NCBI GenBank assembly: GCA_044892525.1
Contig: CM097887.1
Location: forward strand, 112,694,397 to 112,758,396
Direction: 5' to 3'
Length of the DNA stretch: 64,000 bases
From: Schmidtea polychroa
Taxonomy: Eukaryota
Below, piece after piece: positions 1 through 13,020 of the stretch (positions are counted from its first letter, which is position 1; the number at the start of each line of letters is the position of its first letter). The translations under genes were made by a program, and so were the position numbers. Below the pieces are notes generated by a model. It did no database searches. It was not told the DNA's origin and worked only from the letters and a program-made list of their open reading frames with translations.

Positions 1-519
1 AAGTCAAATTTAATTTACGAAATGTAAACTGTACTGAATTTACCGATATGTTAGAAAAAGATGAAACAATCTTGAAAAAAATGCATTCCGTTGAAAAATA
101 CAAAAAATAAAAGAACAAAGGAACTAGAGGCACACGTACCCCACTGTGACGCATTATGGGAATTGAACATCATCCCCAGTCACCATTTACTCGATCGGTA
201 GCACAACCTCTCTCTGTATAGCCAATACCAATCCCTGAAAATACTACCATGCCAAACGCAGCCTATCCTCCAAACCCGAGTCAAAATCATTACAAAGGAC
301 CCGCTGAATGCGCAGTCAACGAGCCAAAGCTCGATGGCTAGCCGAACTAGTCCCCTGGCTCCTGCTCCAGCTCAGATGACTGTCTCTCAGTCGAGTGCGC
401 AGCAACTCCCAGTGCTATATAGACTTCGTAATGCGAACCTGGATGACTCCAACTTTTATATGGACGATTTTTATGACAATAAACGGTGTTCATTACCCCT
501 GATAACTTTAATCAAATAA
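1..519 (+). pseudogene. Degenerate ORF remnant upstream of RNA motif copy A; possibly a distant member of the repeated ORF family
   Basis: Broken frames ending in an acidic/aromatic tail (NLDDSNFYMDDFY), then AATAAA, then the motif ~130 nt later: the same layout as the other units. No clear N-terminal homology visible. Confidence 0.3.
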
Positions 520-651
520 ATATTTAGTTTTTAGCTTTTTAAATGAATTAAAATGTGTGCTATTTCCACTCGTAAACCCGAATCTTTCTCTTACTCCTTC
601 CCAAGACCCTTAGTTTATCAGTACAAAGTGTTAATTTCTTTATTTTTCATA

Positions 652-791
652 GACGTAAGCCCCTTCTATCGACAGTCCTGTTTGTTGAGGAAGGTGCGAC
701 GCGAACAGTCGGATTAAGCCAGCTCACCTCTACTCGCGCTTTCCACAGCTGTATACAGTACCGACGCGTTTCACACCAACGGGTATAACAG
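652..791 (+). ncRNA. Conserved structured RNA motif, copy A
   Basis: GACGTAAGCCCCTTCTATCG...AGCTCACC...CTGTATAC-AGTACCGA-CG..CG-G-GTATAACAG matches the blocks at 45863, 47492, 58266, 59149 and (minus) 27363. Confidence 0.55.
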
Positions 792-1199
792 ATTGATAAT
801 TTTCAAACATAACCAATACAAGGATTACTTATACGAACATCCAGAAGTTAATGATTATTAATTCTAACGTTTCAAATTAAATGATTACTATCTCAAGGAT
901 TTCAAATCCAACAACTGCTAATTCAAGTATTAACAAAACAAGACAATATTCGAATCATTGCCGATGTGGGGCAAAATATTACACTCGATTATTTAGAGGG
1001 ATGCACTTACATTATTCCACTCCCATAAAAACTATAATATGATACAAGAAAATTATTTAAAAAATTTTAAATCTTACCGCTATGAATAGTCATCGATTGT
1101 ATTATATTGTAAACAAATCAAAAATAGGTTTGTTAGAATTTCGAGAAATTAAAGGGGTTAATTCGACTTTCGAAAGACATTAAGTCTGGAATAGATTTA

Positions 1200-1430
1200 T
1201 TCAATATGAAAGCACTAAAAAGGCAATCGCAAAGCACTGAAGTCGACCTATCTAGTACCACAAGACATTTTTTAGAAAACATTCCTATTCTAAAAGGATA
1301 CAACAGATCAAAATACCATCTGCGTTGTAAAAAGTTTATAACTAAAAAGCGTTCCAATACATATTGGAGATACAAAAATGTTCTACAAAACCACTTTATG
1401 TGCTGGTAAATGCTGCTCCGAGAAATCTTA
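1200..1430 (+). pseudogene. Possible piggyBac-like transposase C-terminal Cys-rich remnant
   Basis: HFLENIP...RCKKFITKKRSNTYW..K....FMC resembles the decayed zinc ribbon at the end of piggyBac transposases; a TTAA-terminated end (CAGTCAATGTGTTAA) lies at 4074-4088. Confidence 0.3.
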
Positions 1431-2306
1431 TAAATTTAAATTCGACGGACAAGAACTCAAATTGAGACTAATGACTATGTACCTTATGAAGTATAAATGC
1501 CTTTTTTGTGTTCTTAATTCTTGTGCGCAAGGTCCTCAGTGCTTTCTGTGTTTGTAGTGTGTAATTTGACTTGTATATATAGTAAGTGTATTTTCTGATT
1601 TGAAATTGAATTGGAGATTTAAAAACGATTTTATATAAATCTGATACTACCTTAGTGTCTGTGGTGGTCCTATTTTGATTAACAGTACCTTTGAAATTCC
1701 CATCATCAAATATGATTGACTCATCAATTGAATCTCAAATTCAATTCCAAAATAATAATTTATTTCAAAAAGATACACCCGGAAATATTCAAAGTTTTAC
1801 AAAGCCGAAATTAAACCACTTGATGTGGTAAAAATAACAAAAACTTGCCAGAATCAAATAACTAACTTCCAAAACATCGATTAATAAACATTGCATCATA
1901 ATACATTCCAAAGAAAAACAAACGCGCGAACCGGGGCGAGCTAAAAACCGCACAAACAAGTACAAAATAATTATCTTGCAAGGGCTCACATGACAACAAA
2001 AAAATTCTCAATCTTTTGTGTATCGATATCCGAAAAATCCCATTGTCTGCATATGATTAATCAAGTAGGAATTGCGTGAATATCATATTACGTGAATAAA
2101 GTAAACCAATCAAATGGCACCAAGATATTGAATACTGTCAATACTGTCAGTAAATAACAATTTGCAGCGGAGTTTTATTAAATTCAAATTCGTTATAAAA
2201 AATTATTTAGTTTTCTTTAAAATCAAATATGGTTTTAATTAATTTAAATCGGATTTTATTAAATTCAAAATTCAATTTCAGATTATCAATTATCAATACC
2301 ATAAAT

Positions 2307-3920
2307 CAGTGATGCCCACAATATTTTCAACGAGTGCCAAAACAAAATTTTCTTAAATAAATAGTGCCAATTTAAAAAATTCAAATGGATCATCATTCAG
2401 CGCTATTTTAAGTTGAATATTTAAATTTGAATTTAGTAATCGATTTCTATGTTTATTTTTAATTATTTTCAAAGCTGAAAATAATTGCTCGCAAGAATAA
2501 GTACTGCCAAATAAAGAGAATATTTTCATTGCTAAATTCCAATTTTTAGGAAAATTTTCCTGAGTAATTTGAATGTTGTAAAATTTCAACAAATCATTCC
2601 CGCTATCAAAGAAAGCTGATTTTAATCTACTAAAGCTTTGAATATCATTCAATTCTAATTGAAATTCAACTGGAGAAGTATGAATATCAGTTGAAAATAG
2701 AATTGCAATTATATTAAATAAGTTTTTCATTATCAAAAATCGAACTGAGCAATAAGTTCATCTATTTCAATAATGGATCTTTCTTTATCAATCTGATTAT
2801 TATTAGAGACTTCAATAAATCATTTAAAAAGAAAAAAATTATTATTTTCAAATTGATTTTTGAATAAATTAAGCTTTTGAAGAAATTTAGTGATAGTAAA
2901 ATATAAATCGACAATGGTTTGATTGTTTCCTTGTAATTTTAGATTTAATTCATTCATGCTGTGAAAGTAATTAAATTGAAGTATTCAATTTCCAGATTTA
3001 AATAGATTTAAATAATGTAATTAAAGTAAATAATAAAATTATAAATTAAAATAATAAATTAAATATATTTAAGAATGATTGAAGATTAAAATATAAAATA
3101 TTTATTGAATGCTTGTGTACGAATATTCCCTATTCAATTATTAACTCATGCTTGCGAAAATATCCTCTAAGCTAAAAACAGTGATTGTTTGTGTTGTTTT
3201 TAAAAATATAGTTTTGTTTTGTTTTTAAAATATGGATGTGATTAATTTAAGAAACCAAACTTCTAATACATGTACTCAGTAATATCTACTAGGAAAGCTA
3301 AATTTTGCTTAAATTCGATAGAAATTATTTCTTCAACAATTTGATTATTTAGTACAAAAAAATCACAAATTTCTTGATAAATATAAAAAAATCTTTCAAG
3401 GCATTTTCCCCGACTAAGCCATCGAACTTCGGAAAAATAAAGAACATCAAAATATTCAGCATCAGTTTCAATTAAAAATAATTTGAATTTCCGATTAGTT
3501 AGTGAGTTGTTAAGAATATTAATGCATTTGATGATCATTTTCATTGCAGGTTGTAAGCCAATATTTTTTATGCAAAAATTTTGTTACAGTGGAAAAATTT
3601 TACATTTTATATATTTAGTGAATTTAAATGAGATTTGAGTAATGCAAAGAATCCTGAATGCTTTCCTATCAAAGCTGGAACTCCGACGGTTACAATAACA
3701 GTTAATTTTTTCAAATCCAATTTATAAATATTGATAATTTCCAAGAATGAACCTCTTGTATTTTCCGTTAATATATCTAGACAAAAAATGTTCATCGATA
3801 CTCAATGATTCATCAATACTTCTAATAAAATAACATTGTTTCGTAAACTTCAACAAATATGGAAGTTTAAAGAGTACCAATAAAAAGGCAAAAGCGTGCC
3901 ACACTTTTGATCACCACTGA
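2307..3920 (-). mobile_element. Decayed hAT (SPIN/Charlie, GTF2IRD2-like) transposon
   Basis: Minus-strand fragments: IVTVGVPALIG (TDGAPAMIG-like), FSEVRWLSRG, FGSTYSCEQLFS..K..K...RNRL (dimerisation domain). CAGTG-type ends; no TSD found. Confidence 0.8.
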
Positions 3921-5269
3921 TCTACTGAAAATAATGCAAACCTTACAACGGGACAATATAACAAATGCTATTTTTATTATGGACAATGCACCTTTTCACA
4001 AAAGTATAGCTGTACAATCGTGTATATCTTCAATGAAAGTTATTAACGTCTAACCCATCGGTGGGTCACGTGGCAGTCAATGTGTTAAACTTATGTTAAA
4101 ATAATTAAAATACATAATTTCGATATATGAAATATAATTTACGTAAACCGAAATTCCATTTTACGAAAGACTTTTTCTGAACGAATTAATTTCGTTAAGC
4201 GAGTGATAGGTGTATATAAATTACAAAATTGATAAGCTAATAATTCCTAATTTTATCCGCAACCCTTAAAGTTAAGAAATGCTTGTTGTTCGTCACCTGT
4301 CCTTTGAAAAATGCGTTGTTGAAATCATTTGTTGTCGATGAACATGATTTCTTAGATTGTTACTGTAAAAGTTATTATTAGTTGACAACATGAATAACCA
4401 TGAATAATGGATGAATTATTTAATTAAAGATAAAAATTGGCACCATATAAAATTGAGATCATTACAGCTCATTTTAAGGATTAAATTTTAGAAAACAATC
4501 AAGGCGACAATGTTGCTTTCAAAATCTACATTCAAAATCTTGCTGACATTGGAATTTAGTAAATACTTTATATAAAAACATGATACCAGCAGTCTCTGTC
4601 AACCAACATCGGGGTCACTTATAAAAACAAAATGATTTCTTTTGTTACTGATGACAACTGTAACGTTTTGTGAAATCGTTTAAACTTGTCTACTACTCCC
4701 AAGTTGTCTTATCAAGTGTTTACAGATACATACAAGTAAATTTCGATGATTCAACATTTTATGGTTCGACAGCACGATCGTTCGCCCACCTAAAATACCT
4801 GGATGATGAACCATCGAGCAGTTTTAATAATAATATTTTATTGACCCATAAAAAAGGAGACCCTTTATAATTTAAAATTTGAACTTCTACTGGTGGCTTT
4901 CTGTAATATTTTGTGATTACTTGCCAGTCGTTATATCTTCATTATTGATCATCGAGATAGTTGACTATTAAGATGTAAACATATTAAACAGAAAAAATGA
5001 GCCAGTAATGAATAATAAAAGATGCACATCTAAAGAGCATGCACTGCAAACGAAGGATTTTATACATCTGTAACATGTATTATAGACTGAGTACATGAAA
5101 AGAAGTAACAATGTGATGAAGATTAATATGTGGTTTTGTATAATATGCTTGTTATAATATTTTATAAATAAAGAGAATTTAAAAATATTATTTTTCAAAT
5201 TGATTTTTGTCGATAATATTTGTATATTTTATAATTCTTAATTTTATATTTTACCTTAATTGAAGAAAT

Positions 5270-5650
5270 CGACAACATGATTAGAAGAAAATCAAAAATA
5301 TATAACTGAATTTGAAAAGACCAACGACTATCGCCATGTTCAAAGCGTTTTTAATGTTCCTAGGAGTACTTTGCCTAGTATTATTAAAAATAAAGAAAAA
5401 ATTTGTACGTTTTTAAAATGCGATTATTGTAACAACAAAACCGATAAGACAACCAAAAACCTCTATTTCCTGACTTAGAGAAATCTCTTTATTTATGGTT
5501 TCTACAAAAACGAGCTCAAAAAATTGTGGTTTAGAATCTAGCTTTAATTATCAAGGCAAAGGAATTTGCCTCGTTAAAAATAACAGATTTTAATGCAAGA
5601 GATTTCAAGTGTAACAAGTTTAAAAACAGGTACGATATAAAATACGAATT
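5270..5650 (+). pseudogene. Tigger/pogo transposase N-terminal (CENP-B HTH) remnant
   Basis: Frameshifted VPRSTLPSIIKNKEKI ... DLEKSLYLWFLQKR ... IIKAKEFA ... FKNRYDI; cut off abruptly where gag begins. Confidence 0.6.
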
Positions 5651-6542
5651 TTGAGAGGAGAGCCCGAAAGGTTCGACGATTTTTTCACTGAAATTTCTCA
5701 ATTTGCAGAGGCCTGTGGTTGGACACCTGATGAGTTAAAAATGAGAATCCCATTATATTTAAAAGGATATGCATTACAAGCATATAACAATTTTAAGTGT
5801 AAAGGAAATAATTTTGGTCAACTCGTAGGATATCTGAGAGCAGAAATAGTAATTGATAGCGATTTACAAAAGATAAATGTTCAAAAATTCAGAAACAGAT
5901 ATCAAGGTACTAGAGAATCAGTTGGTGAATATGTATATACAATTACGGAGGCATTTGGTGCAGGTGAGCACACAACAAAATTAATTGAGGACCAGTTTTG
6001 GAATGGTATACAAAAATATTTATATAAAGCATTAATTATGGTAGAATATAGTAATTTAAATGAATTAGTTCATAAAGCTAAGCGTATAGAAGCAATACAA
6101 CGAGACAGATTTAGCTCACATGTAGATGCAATGGAAATCCAAAAGCCCATAGAGGTAAAATCTGAGTTGGGTAAGTCAGATGACAACATCCCCTGGGAGG
6201 AGATGAAGCAACTATATTTCAACTTTGTAAAAAATAGACGAAGGGTAAGCCCGAGTCCGGATAGAAGTCAATCGTCTGAAAACAGGAGGAGATTTGATAA
6301 TGTGAGAAACAGAATTTTTGAGAGTAGAAACACTTTTGATAGTGATAATCGATATGAATATAATAGAAATAATTATACGAGAGATAATCGAGGCGATTTT
6401 AGTAGAAATAATTTGAGAAATAATAAATATGATAGAAGTAATAGGTATGATAATAGAGATAATACAAATGATTTGAGACGTAGACAGACAAGTCCATATA
6501 AACAGAATTCATAAGGAGAAATGCGAGGAAGCCCTTATAATA

Positions 6543-7868
6543 CAGGGTTTTTCAATATTTAATCCACTTTTCAAAATATTTAATCCTCTTTTCAAAATAT
6601 TTAATCCTTTCAAAAAATTTAATCTTATTTTAAAAAGACCCATAAATGAGAAATAATATTACTCTTTCAAATGACATTAGAAGAATAATTTGCCAAAAAT
6701 ATGAAGCGGGAAAGACAGCAATTCAAATTTCAAAGGATTTAGAGCTCAAGTATAAAACAGTAGTATCTGTTCTGAGAAAATTCAAAACCGCCAGCAAAAT
6801 TGATTCGGAAAAATCAAAGACGGGTAGAAAGAAAGTACTGAGCCTTCCTGCAATTTCATTAATTAAAGAAAAGATAGGTGAGGATGTTTCGATAACTTTA
6901 AAAAATATTAAGACAGCGCTGGAGCACGATTTAAATATTTCGGCGTCGGTTTCATCAATATTTAGAGCTATCGATAATTTTTCATATACTTTTAAAAGAC
7001 TCTCCTTGATTCCCGAAGCAAGAAACAACACTGCGAATATTGCAAGAAGAAAGGAGTATGCCTCACAGTTTATGCTTTTAAGCATTGATAACGTGGTCTT
7101 CTTGGATGAGATGGGCCCCAATTGCAGCATGAGAAGATCATATGGGAGGAGTTTAATTGGGACAACTCCAAAAAAAACCGTGAGATCCATCAGATCTAAA
7201 AATTATTCGATATCGGCAGCAATCACAAGACAAGGAATTTTTCACTTCAAAATACAGGATCATGCGTATAATGGTATTGACTATCAATCTTTTATTAATA
7301 ATTTGATCACAAGATTCGAAAAAAATGGGCTAGAGAATAGGATTTTTATAATGGATAATTGCTCTATGCATATGGGTATAGGAGTAAGATCTTTAATTGA
7401 AAAATCTGGTCATTCTTTAATTTTTCTTCCTCCTTATAGTCCCCAACTAAATCCCATTGAAGAGCTATTTTCAGTATGGAAGGGGCTAATTAAGGCGAGA
7501 AATTGTATGTCTGTTGAAGAGTTATATGACTCCATTAGAACTGTCCATGATGAAATATCGGCAAGAAATTGCATTTCTTATTATGATCATATGCTTTCTT
7601 TTATCGCCAAGGCATTAAGAGAGGAAGATTTTTAATTAAATAAAATATAGTCTTATATTCTTGATTATTTACGAATTTTTTTTTGCCTCACATTGATTCC
7701 GAAAATATGATTTAATATTTCGAAATAGGATTAAATTAAATAAGATTAAATAAGATTAAATAAGATTAAATTTTTTGAAAGGATTAAATATTTTGAAAAG
7801 AGGATTAAATATTTTGAAAAGTGGATTAAATATTTTGAAAAGAGGATTAAATATTTTGAAAAACCCTG
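6543..7868 (+). mobile_element. Intact IS630/Tc1 DNA transposon with TA target duplication
   Basis: Ends CAGGGTTTTTCAA... / ...TTGAAAAACCCTG flanked by TA at 6541-42 and 7869-70. TIRs are built of ~21 bp units TTTTCAAAATATTTAATCC(A/T)C. Confidence 0.95.
6646..7635 (+). CDS. Tc1/IS630 transposase, DD34E, 329 aa
   Basis: Uninterrupted ORF with HTH N-terminus and VFLDE / IMDN / PPYSPQLNPIE; 34 residues between the second D and E. Confidence 0.95.
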   Translation: MRNNITLSNDIRRIICQKYEAGKTAIQISKDLELKYKTVVSVLRKFKTASKIDSEKSKTGRKKVLSLPAISLIKEKIGEDVSITLKNIKTALEHDLNISASVSSIFRAIDNFSYTFKRLSLIPEARNNTANIARRKEYASQFMLLSIDNVVFLDEMGPNCSMRRSYGRSLIGTTPKKTVRSIRSKNYSISAAITRQGIFHFKIQDHAYNGIDYQSFINNLITRFEKNGLENRIFIMDNCSMHMGIGVRSLIEKSGHSLIFLPPYSPQLNPIEELFSVWKGLIKARNCMSVEELYDSIRTVHDEISARNCISYYDHMLSFIAKALREEDF

Positions 7869-8353
7869 TAATGATGATAGAGATAAAGTAAATTTTAATG
7901 GACAGATCAGATGTTATAATTGTCAAAAATATGGCCACTTAGCTAAAGTGTAATAATGTGCGAAGCGAATCGCCTAATAGAGTGAGATTTAAAAATGAGC
8001 CTGAGATGAAACAGATAAATAGTTCTGAGTTGATATCAGCTAATGACGAAATAAATAGTTTGAGAGAGGAACTAAGAGAATTTAAAACTCAATATGGGAG
8101 ACTTATTGAGAGAAAGCTAGAAATGTCATTGAATGAGTTTCAGTGTTTTAACAATGATGTAGATATAGATAATGAGGAGTTTCGAGAGGCAAGAGAAGCG
8201 GATGAAAAATTTATTGCAGAAGCAAATAGATGTAAAGAATTAAAAGAGGAATTGAAAGATGATAATGAGACATTGCGTATAATAAATAGAGTTCAAGTCG
8301 ATGGAATTGACTTAGAATATTTGAGAAACTTGATACCACTAATGGTAAAGAGA

Positions 8354-8484
8354 CAATGATGATAATGACAAGAGTATTTGAATTAGAAATAGAATTGAAA
8401 GAAATGATAAAATGTTATGGTAACATTTTATCATTTCTTTCAATTCTATTTCTAATTCAAATACTCTTGTCATTATCATCATTG
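8354..8484. repeat. Perfect 64 bp inverted repeat with 3 nt loop
   Basis: 8354-8417 is the exact reverse complement of 8421-8484 (loop TGG), checked base by base. Confidence 0.97.
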
Positions 8485-8935
8485 AGACGAGGTAGAGGAA
8501 GGCCTCGAAAATCTGAAATAGCCGAAAAGTCAGATGGCAGAAAGGCAGCAGAGCGTTTAAGAGATATTGCAAATAATATGAGACAGGAAGTTCCAAAAAA
8601 TCAGGATAATGACAAAGATATAAAAATGATAACGGAGTTAGTTAAAGCAATGAATATGAAACGATTTCCGGAAGCAAAACCATCAGCGTTAATAAAAAAT
8701 ATAGTTAAAAAGATTAAATTAATGGAAAAAGAGATTAGAGAATTGAGTGCAGAGGAAGCGAATGAAGAGACAGTGTTAAAGATATTATTTACAACAGGAG
8801 TTAATAGAGATAAAGTGATTACGGCGATGGCATATTTAATAGGAAGATACAAAAACTTTTGCGAATGAATCCAAAGAATCAAATAGAAAATATTGCTAAA
8901 ATGATATATAATAAACTAAAGATAGATGCTATGTC

Positions 8936-11218
8936 ATGGATAAAATTAAAGGGGGATGGAAAATACTGTATGATGAGAGTCTAATCAAAAGTGCTCAGGA
9001 AAGCGTAGAAGATAATATTAATGTAGAAATAGATGATACGGAGAAAACAGTAAAAAATCTAGTAAATAAAACAACTATGAGACCAGGTCAAAAAGAAAGA
9101 AAGTCGACAATGTCAATAGTAATTATAGTAATAACGTTATTGTTAGATCTGATAAAAGGAAACAATGCGATCATAGCGTATGACTGTCAGAATCCCAAGT
9201 GGGGACAAAAATATTCATTGCTGGATGTAGAAAATTGCCCAGAGGCTAATCCAACCAAATTAATTGTAGCAGACCCCAAAATTTTCCATATATATCAGGA
9301 ATCTGACTTCATTCACACAGAAGCAGGAGAATGTATCGTCAAATATTCAGAGGAAAGTTTTGTGTGTAACAAGGTGGCAAGAACAATATTAACCCCAACA
9401 TGGGCACCAGAAGCAATAATAATAACGCCAGTTGAATGCGAAAATGCATTTAAAACAAAAAAGATAAAAACGCCAGGCGGGTTTGAATTAAATGCGCAGG
9501 TGGGAGCACGAGTAAGACAATTAGTAAATGTTGTCGGATGGTCATCAACAGGAGGATATTGTCAAGGAGGAAAATACAAAATATGGGGTCATATGGTAGA
9601 CGATATTGTAGTAAGACGACAATATTATATTGAATTAAGAAAATTCAAAGCGTAATTCGATAGTTCATCAAGGAAAATTATGACACATAAATTCTGCACA
9701 CTAGATGAGACAAGCTGCGATACAGGCGAATCCATGATTATATATAAAGTAAACAAATACGAATGTCATCTAACTAAGCTAAAGACACTGAAATTCAGGA
9801 CGATACGAGGTAAACAATTTACGGATGTAGAATCCAAAAACATTAAAGACAAAAAACGGCGAGCAACGATAATCCAAGAGAAGGATACCAACGATATACA
9901 TGGCAGACTCAGAAACAGAAGCCATGAGATTTGTAGGGAAAGGTGAGAGTATTAAATGTGGTAAAGCAGTGATAAAGACAAACTATGAGGGTATATATAT
10001 ATCAGTGGAAGCGAGATCATGGAAGCAAAGTCAAAAATAGATCAATTCGATGTTAAATTAGCGTCATATTTTAACAATAAAATCGATTATTTTTATCATC
10101 ACCAATTAGTACAATTAGATAAAGTGTATCAAGCAACCATTGCAAGTGATTGTAAACTTAACAGAGAAATACTAAGAACAAAGATGACGGTTGCAGTCAC
10201 AAACCCAGATCTAATGGCACCAATTTTATTTGCAGAGAAAGGTAGTAGTTGGGGGAAGTGATACAAACATTTCAGTGTAAACCTGTCAGTGTATCATTAG
10301 CAACGCATAATAAATGTACAAACGAGTTACCTGTTGTGTATTAAGGAGAAACCGTATATCTCCAACCAATAACAAGGATATTAACAGACAAAGATTATGT
10401 TCCGAAAAAAATTGATAAATGTACTAATCTGTTAGATCCGTTATATAAGATAAACGATGATATGTGGATTACAATGTCGGACAGAAAAGAAGCGACTAAA
10501 CCACAAAAACTCGAATTAACTGAGCTTGAGAAAAAGTTAGAATTCCAGGAAGTTAACGAAATGGATAACAATGGGATGTATACGAGAGAGGCGATAGAAA
10601 GCGCCAGGAAACATATGTTATTTCCTCATGAAAAAGAAAAGGTTCTTTGAATTATGGTAAATAAAATCATCGAGAATAGTTATGGAGGGAATTATAACTT
10701 CGATGTGTTACTATCAAAAGAACACTTTAAGAAAGTTGTATATAAAGTGTTATATAGTATATGGGAATATTTTGCAATTCTTGGAAATACATTTTCAAAC
10801 CATCCTAGGAATATATTATACAGTAGCATTGCTTAAAATGATATGCTCATCATTGGTTTCGTTGAGACAATTGAGACAAGTTTTTGGCAACTCATACAAA
10901 ATGATGACATTTTTATGCCCATTCATAGCTAAATATTTAATTACTGGGAAACATGACAAGGAAATCAAACAAATGAAAATACTAAGAGATGAGAAGGAAC
11001 CAATGATCAACAATGAAAAAGAGGACGATACAAACAAATTTGAAAGTACTGAGCCACAAGTTGGGTTATACGATAGTCAAAGAGAGCAATTGAGAGAATT
11101 GGGAAATAATATGGAAGTTAGAATCCCAGGTGAAAATAGTAATTGCCATTGTGCTTCAAGGAAAATATATGGATGCTATGGATTAGAACTTGATGAAATA
11201 TTAGTGAATTTAAACTAA
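8936..11218 (+). pseudogene. env: Envelope-like glycoprotein, chuvirus (Jingchuvirales) G-type, several stops and frameshifts
   Basis: Signal peptide then AYDC..SLLDVENC; DCKLNREIL; GEVIQTFQCKPVSV...CTNELPVVY.G...LQPITRIL; GMYT...LFPHEKE; hydrophobic TM segment near 10760-10930. Confidence 0.8.
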
Positions 11219-13020
11219 GCCAGACCGAAACTTAAGATAGTTATTAATAGTATAATAATAAACGCACTATGTGACACAGGCGCAGCAGCTTCTATGATCA
11301 GGGAAGATCAGTTAACAGAGAATCAGAAAAGAAACATATCAAGTACAAGAGATAAAGTCATCTCATTATCTTCACATTGTATACCACTAAAAGGTGATAT
11401 TGAACTAACAGTCCACTTTTCGGATCAGGTAGAACATGTTTTCAAGGTAGTAGCTGAATGTAAGTGTGTATGTATCTTGGGGATGGACATACTCAGTAAG
11501 TTAAAAAATTGCGTAATTGATGTGGCAGATAGTAGAGTTACGCGGAAAGCAATACATCGAGACGCTAGATTTTCAGAAGTAGTTGCATTAGAAACATTTG
11601 AATTAGAATACCAAAGTGATCATATAATCCCAGTAAAGGTCAATGTCAAAAGTGAGGACACTTTTATTTTTGAACCTGAAACGGCATTAACAAGAAATCA
11701 TAATATAATGCTAACAAACGAGTGTGTGGTGCCAGAAAAGGGAGTGATACCAATACGAATTGCGAATTACGAGAGAAATAAAGTAAAAATTCATAAAGGT
11801 ACGAAACTGGGGAAATTGTTCAAAGGTGAACTAGAAAAAACATTGGAAGTATGTGAGGTGTCGATAACGAGAGATAGCAGTGAACGAGTGGTCGAACAGA
11901 GTAGAGCTAATAAAATTAAATTGTATGACAAAATTAAAATAAATAATAATTATTTAAACGAAACACAGCAATTACAGTTACAAATATTACTTGATGAATA
12001 TAACGATGTTTTTGCAAAACACGAATTTGACTTAGGAGATACTGATATAATTAAACATGTGATTGATACAGGAAATGCTAGACCAATAAAACAGAGACCC
12101 TACAGTGTACCATATAAACTAAGGGAGGAAATAAAGCGACAAATTAAAGAATTAAAAGAGGCAGGTGTAATAAAACAAAGCTTTTCACAGTGGGCATCAT
12201 CTATTGTACCAGTTAGAAAGAAAGATGGAGAAATTAGAATGTGCATTGATTATCGTAAATTAAATGACGTAACAGTAAAAGACTCATACCCATTCCCAAA
12301 AGCACAAGAACAATATGATAAACTTAGAGACACTAAATATTTTACAGTAATAGATGCAAATAAAGGAAGAGGGAGATGCGGAAAAGACAGCTTTTGTGAT
12401 AGAAGATGGGTTATATGAATACACAAGATTACCTTTTGGGTTAACTAATGCGCCAGCAACATTTCAACGTTTAATGAATACAGTATTAGTAGACGTACAA
12501 CATTGCGCAGTATATATGGATGATATATTAATTTCATCAAAAACATTTGAGGAACATCTAAAAGATATAGCTAACGTACTAGAAAGATTAAGAAAAGCTA
12601 AAATCAAAATAAAACCCACAAAGTGCAAATGGGCGGAGCCTTCAGCATTATTCTTAGGACACATAGTTACTGTAGACGGCATAATACCCAATCCCGATAA
12701 AATCGACGTAGTTAAAAAGTTTCCAGTACCAAAAACATTACAACAAATACAGGGATTCTTAGGACTTACAGGGTATTATCGTAAATTTATACAAGATTAT
12801 GCAAAAATAGCAGCACCATTAATTGAATTAACTAAGGGAGTTAAAACAAAGGGTGAAAGCAAGGGGGTATTAATAGTACAGGAGATAAATGATAAAATTA
12901 GTAAACCCCAAAAAAATGGAAAGATGAACATCAAAAGGCCTTTGATCAACTAAAGGATAAATTAATAACAGCACCAATACTAAGATATCCAGACTTTAAG
13001 AAACAATTTATCGTCATGAC

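Larger units (their letters stand above)
5651..8868 (+). pseudogene. gag: gag (capsid, R/N/D-rich linker, CCHC knuckle, coiled coil, AT-hook), split by a Tc1 insertion
   Basis: GEPERFDDFF..ACGW..LYLKGYALQAY capsid motif. Removing 6543-7870 restores the frame into CYNCQKYGHLAK-(2 nt deletion)-C. RRGRGRPRK at ~8485. Confidence 0.8.

Noticed and set aside
671-683. GACAGTCCTGTTT matches the hairpin-ribozyme substrate strand as I recall it
   Set aside because: The partner AGAA loop A strand and the loop B sequences are absent in copy A, and the flanking helix is not conserved in other copies.
6545-6630. 21 bp repeats here and at 7770-7865 as a CRISPR-like array; ORF 7756-7938 with FKIFNPL repeats
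   Set aside because: No spacers; they are TIR subunits of the Tc1 element, and the ORF is a by-product.
11216-11218. Programmed stop-codon readthrough between env and pol
   Set aside because: UAA-GCC is not a known leaky context and the element has several other single in-frame stops, so decay is more parsimonious; not excluded.
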